From a virus (taxonomy: Duplodnaviria > Heunggongvirae > Uroviricota > Caudoviricetes): DNA of 22,884 bases. Location of the stretch: the IMG/VR virus record IMGVR_UViG_3300042946_000144, positions 88,332-111,215 of that record; one strand, written 5' to 3'. The notes under the pieces are model-generated. The model did no database searches. It was not told the DNA's origin and was given only the letters and a program-made list of their open reading frames with translations. This document shows positions 8,531 through 15,111 of the stretch, in pieces (within the stretch, counting starts at the first letter, position 1; the number at the start of each line of letters is the position of its first letter). Position numbers and translations under genes: made by a program.

Positions 8531-9047
8531 ACATACATTTTTTAGTCATTTTACCACCAGACTTCATTGTAGGTTTCATAGAAGCAGCTGCACCACCATA
8601 TTGCATTTTCTTTTTAACTTTCATTCCTTTCTTAGCAATAACACCACGACCTTTAAGAATATCAGCCTTAGTGATTTTACCATCTTTGTTAAGATCAGGG
8701 AAAGAACCACCTTTCTTGAAAACACCATCTAATGGTGATTCTTTTGGATAAGGAGGATTAGCTTTCATTCCTCCCATTACACGAACTTTTGTTTGTTTCT
8801 TGCCTGGGGTTTTAGAAGCTTCCACCATTTTCTTAGCACCTCTTCTATTTGTTTCAAACTCAACAGTTCTACCTGAAGGACCTTTTCCAGTAACTTTAAA
8901 TCTTTTAGCTCCACCAGCAAGTCCTGAAGTATCTGCAGTCATTGTTCCACCTTTTGGACCAACAGTTTTTACGTAAGGAGGTTTAGATTCATCTCCACCA
9001 TTTTGCATCTTACGTTTGGTCTTTGATATCTTTTTCATCATTTTCAT
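8517..9047 (-). CDS. Basic protein with multiple xKxGG motifs and an EF-hand/dockerin-like loop
   Basis: MQNGG, FKKGG, MQYGG, MKSGG; DLNKDGKITKAD at aa 118-129. Confidence 0.8.
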   Translation of the reverse strand: MKMMKKISKTKRKMQNGGDESKPPYVKTVGPKGGTMTADTSGLAGGAKRFKVTGKGPSGRTVEFETNRRGAKKMVEASKTPGKKQTKVRVMGGMKANPPYPKESPLDGVFKKGGSFPDLNKDGKITKADILKGRGVIAKKGMKVKKKMQYGGAAASMKPTMKSGGKMTKKCMYGCK

Positions 9048-9068
9048 TTTATTGAAGTTTTTTGATTG

Positions 9069-9470
9069 TTAGCAATTCCATTTACGCAAACTCTTGTTGA
9101 TCCTGCTGTTAGGATCGTTTGCTGTTTTAGCCGATGTAAGTCTTTTCTTCATGCCAGACATTCTAGCACAGAATGACTTTCTACGTTTAGCAGATTTAGA
9201 ACCTGGCTTAAGCTTAGAAGGCTTTGTTGTAACAGCTGTCTTAAGTTTAGATCCTGGGTTAGCTGCTCTATAAGAAGCAACTCCCTTAGCATTCAGACCT
9301 CCTTCAGGATTCTTTCCTTCTGATCTTTGCCAAGCTGGTGTTTTACCACCATTCTTCAGGGTAGAACCTTTGAATTCACCCTTCTTCTTAACAAGAGGAC
9401 CATTAGGAACAGGTGTTACACCACGCATCCTAGGAGCAGATTTAACGATTTTCTTGAGAGATGTAGCCAT
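9069..9470 (-). CDS. Basic protein with DUF6321-like domain
   Basis: KTPAWQRSEGKNPEGGLNAKG...RRKSFCARMSGMK...DPNSRINKSLRKWNC is a recognisable widespread phage domain. The family name is from memory. Confidence 0.75.
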   Translation of the reverse strand: MATSLKKIVKSAPRMRGVTPVPNGPLVKKKGEFKGSTLKNGGKTPAWQRSEGKNPEGGLNAKGVASYRAANPGSKLKTAVTTKPSKLKPGSKSAKRRKSFCARMSGMKKRLTSAKTANDPNSRINKSLRKWNC

Positions 9471-9660
9471 GTCTTCCGAATGTTATATTGTTCTTTATGA
9501 TAAGATCTTTGTGTGTGAGCTGCCACATCTGACCAGTTTCATTTATAATCACTGTATAGATTGTGTCAGTCTCATGACCGTAGTCTGTAACCAACCATAT
9601 GATACCATCTCCCTTAGGTGTTTTAACTTCCACACGGTTAGATGGTTCAAATATGATCAT
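9442..9660 (-). CDS. Small beta-rich hypothetical protein
   Basis: 72 aa (VKTPKGDG...ETGQMWQLTHKDLIIKNNITFGR); ATGA overlap with the upstream gene. Confidence 0.65.
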   Translation of the reverse strand: MIIFEPSNRVEVKTPKGDGIIWLVTDYGHETDTIYTVIINETGQMWQLTHKDLIIKNNITFGRHGYISQENR

Positions 9661-9995
9661 TTTTTCTTTCTAGCTTTAAGAATCTTTGGTGCAGACTTAC
9701 GAACAATTCCTCCCTTTCTCTTCTTCTCTCCAAGCTCTTCTAATTGCATTTTAGTAAGAGTGGATCTCTTTGTTGAGTCACCACCTTCTCTTCTTGCTTT
9801 AGACTGAGCAATGCTCATAGCAATATTATAATCAGGAGATTCTCCTGTATAATATCTTGGACCACCAGCTGTAGGTCTTCTTACAACACCTGTGTATGTT
9901 CTACCATCACTGGTTGCACCACTAGCACCAGATTTTGTTCCGTTTTGTGCTTTCTTAACAGAAGGTTTTTTAACAGAGACTTTTTTGCTTTTCAT
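9657..9995 (-). CDS. Basic protein with KKAQNG / RKGG motifs
   Basis: The ATG at 9995 (MKSKKVSVKKPSVKKAQNG...) is preferred, because the track extension to 10043 overlaps another gene. Confidence 0.75.
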   Translation of the reverse strand: MKSKKVSVKKPSVKKAQNGTKSGASGATSDGRTYTGVVRRPTAGGPRYYTGESPDYNIAMSIAQSKARREGGDSTKRSTLTKMQLEELGEKKRKGGIVRKSAPKILKARKKK

Positions 9996-9996
9996 G

Positions 9997-10155
9997 TTAT
10001 TTTCCTTTACGGGCTTTAGCCATTTTCTTGAATGTCTTAGCAAGAGTCTTAGCTCTTCCAGTGCAACCAGGTTTGGTTATAGGAGTACATTTACCCTCAG
10101 TGCCACGCTTCTTAATAGAAGCTGTAGCTTTCTGTATCCACTTCTTATCAGCCAT
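9997..10155 (-). CDS. Small basic protein, 52 aa (not in ORF track)
   Basis: Hand translation: MADKKWIQKATASIKKRGTEGKCTPITKPGCTGRAKTLAKTFKKMAKARKGK. It has the KWIQKA...LAKTxKK pattern of a common small phage protein and fills the gap exactly. Confidence 0.8.
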   Translation of the reverse strand: MADKKWIQKATASIKKRGTEGKCTPITKPGCTGRAKTLAKTFKKMAKARKGK

Positions 10156-10157
10156 GA

Positions 10158-10562
10158 CTATTTCTTTTTAGACATTTTCATACCAGACTTTGCCTTGTTC
10201 AACTTACCAATGGTTTTACCAACACTCTTCTTACTAGGAGAAAGAGTGCCACCATTTTTATTTTTAGGTTTAGTAGCTTTTTTAGCAGCATTCTGACCTT
10301 CCCATCTACCCACTTTTTCAACGTTTCTCTCATTAGGATATCCTTTTTCACCCTTCAAACCTCTTTCAAAACCTCTTCTGTAATTATTACTATCTAGTCC
10401 TGTAGGCATGATGTCTTTGTTCTGACCTGTTGCCTCATAATATTCATTAGCAACTCCCATTCTCAAGTTTTTGTAAGTGGGAGTCATCTTTTGTGTTTTA
10501 CCTTTTTGAGCCTTTTTAACCATGGACTTCTTAGCCATAGCTTTTTTCATCATCATAGCCAT
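10158..10562 (-). CDS. Basic protein with KKAQKG / KNKNGG / KAKSG motifs
   Basis: Start at ATG 10562 (MAMMMKKAMAKK...) lies just after the upstream stop at 10570. Confidence 0.78.
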   Translation of the reverse strand: MAMMMKKAMAKKSMVKKAQKGKTQKMTPTYKNLRMGVANEYYEATGQNKDIMPTGLDSNNYRRGFERGLKGEKGYPNERNVEKVGRWEGQNAAKKATKPKNKNGGTLSPSKKSVGKTIGKLNKAKSGMKMSKKK

Positions 10563-10569
10563 TGTAAAA

Positions 10570-10986
10570 TTATTTAGATTTTGATTTAATCTTTTTTTCT
10601 TGCTTAAGCATTTGGGCAGTGGGTTTTTTACCACTGCCCTTGTTAGCACGAATATTATCCCAAAGACCACGTTGAGAATAAGAACCATCAGCTCTTTTAA
10701 TCATCTCTTTGCCAGCTTTTGCTTTTGTTACTTTGCCACCAGTCTTGTTTTTCTTTATAGGAAATCCATTAGCATCATACCCAGGCTTACCTTTATATGC
10801 TTGTCTCCATTTATCTTTAAGTGCCTGCTTTTGTTCTTCTGATTTATCTGACGTACTTAATCCATACTTAGATCTAAGCTTTGCAATAGCAGAAGCATCT
10901 TCAAATTTTTGTTGATAGTAAGCACTGCTATCAGGTGTGGCTTTTACACCTTTCTGGGCTTTCTTAATTTTTTTGACTGTTGCCAT
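10570..10986 (-). CDS. Basic protein with KKAQKG / KNKTGG / KAKAG motifs
   Basis: 138 aa; start context aaaaaaacataactATG; C-terminal GLWDNIRANKGSGKKPT module. Confidence 0.8.
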   Translation of the reverse strand: MATVKKIKKAQKGVKATPDSSAYYQQKFEDASAIAKLRSKYGLSTSDKSEEQKQALKDKWRQAYKGKPGYDANGFPIKKNKTGGKVTKAKAGKEMIKRADGSYSQRGLWDNIRANKGSGKKPTAQMLKQEKKIKSKSK

Positions 10987-10998
10987 AGTTATGTTTTT

Positions 10999-11259
10999 TT
11001 ATTCAGCAGCTTCTTTAACCATACCTGATTCAACAGCTTTTGCCAGGATTTCTTCAATCACTGTGTTAGCTTGGTTAGCCATCAGGATAGTTGTAGCTTC
11101 TTTGGTGTTTAAAACTGATCTGAAAGCATTCAAAACAAGACCAAACTCTCCTCCAGATAAGATAAACTGATCTTGTGGAGTCCATGTATACTTCTTGTTA
11201 GGATCGTAAGATGGAGTTGTTTGAGCTTCTTGCATTGTGGTTTCTTGTAAATTTTCCAT
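10999..11259 (-). CDS. Hypothetical protein
   Basis: 86 aa; start context aaaccaaaaatcaaaccaaATG, downstream of a promoter. Confidence 0.75.
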   Translation of the reverse strand: MENLQETTMQEAQTTPSYDPNKKYTWTPQDQFILSGGEFGLVLNAFRSVLNTKEATTILMANQANTVIEEILAKAVESGMVKEAAE

Positions 11260-11289
11260 TTGGTTTGATTTTTGGTTTAAAAATAATTA

Positions 11290-11327
11290 CGAAGATATGA
11301 AGGGTTTTTCAATTTTCCAAATTTATT
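11290..11327 (-). promoter_or_regulatory. Bacteroidota-type promoter driving the basic-protein array
   Basis: On the - strand: AATAAATTTG - 20 nt - TATCTTCG. AATAAATTTGGA is identical to the upstream element at 17545-17556. Confidence 0.6.
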
Positions 11328-11596
11328 TCGAACACAATTGTCGCAGAAGTCTTTATGCTCTTAGACAGATTTAGTTTTATTTGGAATAGATTGTGGAATT
11401 TTAATATCTCCTGTAGAAGCATCTCATTGTATTTAGGCAATGAGGGAGCTAGTCTGAAATGATATGAATAGGGGTTCTTTGTGATTTCCAATGTAGACAA
11501 TTCATCTACAGATGAAATAACTCCTTCAAGGTGTGCAAAATAAACTATTTCATTATCAGGCAACACTTCAGGAAAGAACCTTCTATTGATTTGCAT
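11309..11596 (-). CDS. Hypothetical protein
   Basis: 95 aa; TAATG-coupled to the ferritin-like gene. Confidence 0.7.
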   Translation of the reverse strand: MQINRRFFPEVLPDNEIVYFAHLEGVISSVDELSTLEITKNPYSYHFRLAPSLPKYNEMLLQEILKFHNLFQIKLNLSKSIKTSATIVFEINLEN

Positions 11597-12009
11597 TATG
11601 AGAGAGTTAACAAGTATTTAGTTTTAGCAGCTTCACCAGACAGACTATCTGCAAGATTGCACACATCGTGAAAACTATTTCTTTCTCCATAGTCTTTTAA
11701 AGAAGATGCAAAAGACAGAAGATCTGATACACATTGCATGCCTGTACAATTTGTTAGAGCATCTATTTTATAAGCTGCAGGACGTTTGCCTGTATAGCCC
11801 ATGATTTTCTCAATCAATCCATCTTTGAAATCATGTACATAATCGTACAATCCTCCAAGTGCTTGGTGTTCAGCATAACTCTGTGTCTGCCAATGCAATA
11901 GATGTAGTTGCTCATGAAAGTATGTAAGCTTTGCTGCTATACTTTCTATGGTCATTTCTCCTCCTGAGGACTTCATCATGTCATCAGGAAACAATGATTT
12001 GATGGCCAT
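11596..12009 (-). CDS. Dps/ferritin-like four-helix protein (DUF5856-like)
   Basis: QLHLLHWQTQSYAEHQALGGLYDYVHDFKDGLIEK matches the Dps ferroxidase pattern HW....Y..H...Y......D...E; C-terminal helix ending YLLTLS. Confidence 0.78.
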   Translation of the reverse strand: MAIKSLFPDDMMKSSGGEMTIESIAAKLTYFHEQLHLLHWQTQSYAEHQALGGLYDYVHDFKDGLIEKIMGYTGKRPAAYKIDALTNCTGMQCVSDLLSFASSLKDYGERNSFHDVCNLADSLSGEAAKTKYLLTLS

Positions 12010-12026
12010 TTGTTAGTTTTTATAAA

Positions 12027-12440
12027 TTAGGTTATTGTGGTAACTTCCATAGATATAGTTCCAGTTGGGCAAAGAATCTTTACAAGATCATTAGGCATTG
12101 CGAGAACTAATGTCACATCATCAGCTGAGAAATCTCCTAAAAAGTCTGTTGCCAAGTTTGTATTCAACTCAGTTACAAGTTCTCCAATACTTCCAAATGT
12201 AGTTCCTGTAAAATCCATTTGAAATACAACAACTGTACCACATAAGATTTGAATAGCAGGATCTACAAAAGTAGGATCTACAAATGTTAACTGTGTTGTA
12301 TTGCAACACTCATACCCCTGGACTTCTGTCCAATTACCTACCTTTGGTTTTTGTCTTCTCAGGATCAAAGAACCTGCAACTACTCTGCCACTACCATCAT
12401 AGCGGACATAAGCTTTAAGATCACGTTTGTTACTTCCCAT
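12027..12440 (-). CDS. Putative virion structural protein
   Basis: N-terminal LKAYVRYDGSGRVVAGSLILRRQKPKVGNW...ECC motif, which I recognise from Bacteroidota phage proteins; beta-rich C-terminus. Function is inferred. Confidence 0.55.
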   Translation of the reverse strand: MGSNKRDLKAYVRYDGSGRVVAGSLILRRQKPKVGNWTEVQGYECCNTTQLTFVDPTFVDPAIQILCGTVVVFQMDFTGTTFGSIGELVTELNTNLATDFLGDFSADDVTLVLAMPNDLVKILCPTGTISMEVTTIT

Positions 12441-12458
12441 TGTTTTAATTTTTAACGG

Positions 12459-13481
12459 TTAATAGTTGAGATTATATTTGTTTTTTAATTCAAACAGTTT
12501 TGTCAAGTAGTAGTGATTACAATACTTCTTGCTTTCAGGATGGTTTAGAACATCTGTTAAATGTTCCATATCACTAAATGGATTTTCTCCTTTGTGATAT
12601 TTTCCTTTATAAAAGGTTGGGTGGTCACCCATCACATCCCCTGTAATTCCTGCATTATGCAGAATGGTTGTTTTTTCGAGCTTTGACACTAGGTCAGGAG
12701 ACCATGCAAACTCTAGTTCAGGAACCACTTTTGTTTCAATCTTTAACATCCAGAGGTTCCAGAGAACAGACCACATGTCAGCACACCAACTTTGAAATCC
12801 TTTGTCCTCACTCTCAAAAAACTTTTGGTTTGCCGCTCTCAAGAAGGATCTTATTGTAATACAATCCTTTATCACCTTGTCCCAAAACATCCAAGATATA
12901 TTCTTTAGGAGATACTGTGCTCCTCCTGAATTATTATTGTTCTTCTCACAGATCTCTCTATTGATTCCTATTAAGGAAGATAGAGTGTTTAACATGTCTG
13001 TGTTTGAATACTCTTCCAACTTATCTGGAAGAACATCTTTCACCTTACTATCAAAATATGAAGCGTTTATATAGGAGTTTGTGTCTGATAGATATACAAC
13101 ATCATCCTCCAGAAACTTGTCTAAATTGAATTTATCTGTAAATAGAATATCACAATCGCAATAGAAAACAGCCATATTCTCCATCTCTGGATGATCTTTA
13201 AAATAGTTCCTAAGACAGAATGGGCGAAGAACAGGAATGTAAAGTCCTATTTTAGAGGAGATTTCATTCTTGTCATCTTTGTAAAAAACAAATTCTGTTT
13301 CAGGATATAGGCTGATTATACTATCCCATTTAGTGTTCCTCTCTCTGTATGACGGAGTGAAGATTAACACAATTGCCTTGTCTGACATTCCAAGGTTTCT
13401 AAGACTTTCAATCCAGAGGTGCACTTGCCAAGTGTAATAATTATCATCTGGTTGAACACAGATAAACCTTAAATCCTTCAT
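12459..13481 (-). CDS. GT-A fold glycosyltransferase, HPAT/SGT1-like
   Basis: DxD motif (FYCDCDILF), YYTWQ, YIPVLRPF, GGAQYLL, WCADMWSVL and a late ILHNAG His motif. Confidence 0.65.
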   Translation of the reverse strand: MKDLRFICVQPDDNYYTWQVHLWIESLRNLGMSDKAIVLIFTPSYRERNTKWDSIISLYPETEFVFYKDDKNEISSKIGLYIPVLRPFCLRNYFKDHPEMENMAVFYCDCDILFTDKFNLDKFLEDDVVYLSDTNSYINASYFDSKVKDVLPDKLEEYSNTDMLNTLSSLIGINREICEKNNNNSGGAQYLLKNISWMFWDKVIKDCITIRSFLRAANQKFFESEDKGFQSWCADMWSVLWNLWMLKIETKVVPELEFAWSPDLVSKLEKTTILHNAGITGDVMGDHPTFYKGKYHKGENPFSDMEHLTDVLNHPESKKYCNHYYLTKLFELKNKYNLNY

Positions 13482-13509
13482 ATATGTAGTTGTGGTTTGA
13501 GAATCTTTA

Positions 13510-13608
13510 TTATCCTAAGATCTTACAGATCTGATCTAGTTGTCTCAGAATTTCGTACATCAAATTAGCTTCTGTAGAAAGATTTATAGGTTTCGATATG
13601 ATTGCCAT
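13510..13608 (-). CDS. 32-aa peptide paralogous to the N-terminus of the upstream gene (not in ORF track)
   Basis: Hand translation: MAIISKPINLSTEANLMYEILRQLDQICKILG, versus SKQIGWSQESNLLYEILRKLGELAGI in 13620-14021. Confidence 0.72.
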   Translation of the reverse strand: MAIISKPINLSTEANLMYEILRQLDQICKILG

Positions 13609-13619
13609 TTTGATTAATT

Positions 13620-14021
13620 TTAGTTGTACACTCTAATTTCTACAGGTAGGTTATAAGCAATGACACCATTAGTGTAAACCTTAAGAGTATCCTCACTCTC
13701 CACAGTTGCTATGAAAGGAGTGTTAGCACTGATGTTATTGTTTTGAGTGTAAAACACTGTCTTTCCTGTAACAAAAGCTCCTATTAAATCTGCTCTATAT
13801 TCATAAGATGCTTGCAAGGTCCATAAAATATCTGAACCTAAAGTGTTTTCAAGAACTATTACATCTACCCCAACACCATTATCACTAAGTAATGCAGAAT
13901 ACACCTTATAAGGTTTCACCTTAGAAGCAATTCCTGCCAGTTCACCTAGCTTTCTCAGGATTTCATACAGAAGATTGCTCTCCTGACTCCATCCAATTTG
14001 TTTTGATACTCTTGTTGACAT
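13620..14021 (-). CDS. Putative fibre/decoration protein
   Basis: N-terminal helical SKQIGWSQESNLLYEI motif plus a C-terminal domain YKVYSALL...LENTLG...W...EIRVY shared with 22159-22884. Confidence 0.65.
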   Translation of the reverse strand: MSTRVSKQIGWSQESNLLYEILRKLGELAGIASKVKPYKVYSALLSDNGVGVDVIVLENTLGSDILWTLQASYEYRADLIGAFVTGKTVFYTQNNNISANTPFIATVESEDTLKVYTNGVIAYNLPVEIRVYN

Positions 14022-14045
14022 ATCTATTTGTATATTTACAAGTTA

Positions 14046-14076
14046 CGAATGTATGTGTTTTTCTCTAAATGACAAT
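14046..14076 (-). promoter_or_regulatory. Putative promoter
   Basis: On the - strand: ATTG - 19 nt - TACATTCG(TAA). It resembles the TATCTTCG(TAA) element at 11290, including the upstream AAAAAC. Confidence 0.45.
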
Positions 14077-14103
14077 GTAATCCAAAAAAATACTATAATC
14101 AGA

Positions 14104-14313
14104 TCAATTATTTAGATGCTTCGAATAGTATATATAACAAGAGAAAAAGAAACCTGACATTAAGTAGAAAATGATATCTGCTGCCCAGAAAGAACCAGTG
14201 ATATCCATAATCATTTTGAATAGAAAGTCGTAACCAAATGGCAGAAAGAACATCCCTAACATTAGGAACAATTCCTTTTTCTTTTGTATTTTTTTTCTTT
14301 GATCTTGAGTCAC
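14104..14313 (-). CDS. Small two-TM membrane protein (GTG start)
   Basis: Basic N-terminus followed by hydrophobic LFLMLGMFFLPFGYDFLF and FWAADIIFYLMSGFFFSCYIYY. The start is uncertain (see findings). Confidence 0.6.
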   Translation of the reverse strand: MTQDQRKKIQKKKELFLMLGMFFLPFGYDFLFKMIMDITGSFWAADIIFYLMSGFFFSCYIYYSKHLNN

Positions 14314-14337
14314 CGTCCATTGTTTAAAAATTGGTTA

Positions 14338-14466
14338 TCACCTACCCTGACCTCTATATTTAGAGACAGGTTTATCTTTTGGTCCTTTTCCTTTAGAGGG
14401 TTTTCCTCCTTTTCTTTTTCCGAAGGTGGTTTTTATTGCAACACCTACTGATTTTACTTTTGCCAT
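14338..14466 (-). CDS. 42-aa basic protein ending in YRGQGR (not in ORF track)
   Basis: Hand translation: MAKVKSVGVAIKTTFGKRKGGKPSKGKGPKDKPVSKYRGQGR; start context gcaaaacataaccaATG. Confidence 0.8.
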   Translation of the reverse strand: MAKVKSVGVAIKTTFGKRKGGKPSKGKGPKDKPVSKYRGQGR

Positions 14467-14490
14467 TGGTTATGTTTTGCTAAGTTTTGG

Positions 14491-15084
14491 TTATTTTAAA
14501 AGACTGTAGTATTCTTTAAAGTGCTTCAATCTATCAGGAAGTCCTATTGTACCACCATTAACACACTTAGTAACAGATGTAACTGTAGCATCAGTTGCGT
14601 CTACACACTTTTTTAAACAGTTCTTATGGAAGAACCAAGCAGCTGATAACAATGGGTATTTAGTTGCTACTAGATCAGGGTTGCTAATGATATCTTCTGC
14701 TACCACTTTATCAAACTCTGAGTAGTTAGATTTTCCAGTGAGCTGAATATAACCTCTACCTCTAAACTTATATCCTTCACCTGAAGCTTCGGGACCATTA
14801 CCCATTCTACCACCATAAACTAGATTAGCAATCTTTTCTGGTTTACGTTCGTATTCCTTAGCTTTAGCTTCTGTAGGGAAGTATTTCTTAAATATACCAA
14901 GAAGCCCTTTAGCTCCATAGTTTAAGTTTTCACTTACTGCTTTGAATCCACCTGATTCATGACCACACTGAGCTAAGAAATGAGAAAGCTCAACTGCTGT
15001 GTCTATTCCAAACTTCTGCTGCACCTCAGGAATTTGAGCTAATACAGCGTCTGGAATGTGTCCTTTTAGTTTGTTAATATCCAT
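14491..15084 (-). CDS. Endolysin, glycoside hydrolase family 19 (chitinase-like muramidase)
   Basis: HFLAQCGHESGGF, ENLNY, GYKFRGRGYIQLTGKSNY, SAAWFF, VNGGTIGLPDR. Confidence 0.9.
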   Translation of the reverse strand: MDINKLKGHIPDAVLAQIPEVQQKFGIDTAVELSHFLAQCGHESGGFKAVSENLNYGAKGLLGIFKKYFPTEAKAKEYERKPEKIANLVYGGRMGNGPEASGEGYKFRGRGYIQLTGKSNYSEFDKVVAEDIISNPDLVATKYPLLSAAWFFHKNCLKKCVDATDATVTSVTKCVNGGTIGLPDRLKHFKEYYSLLK

Positions 15085-15111
15085 AGATTGTTTGTTTTAT
15101 ATTATTACCAG

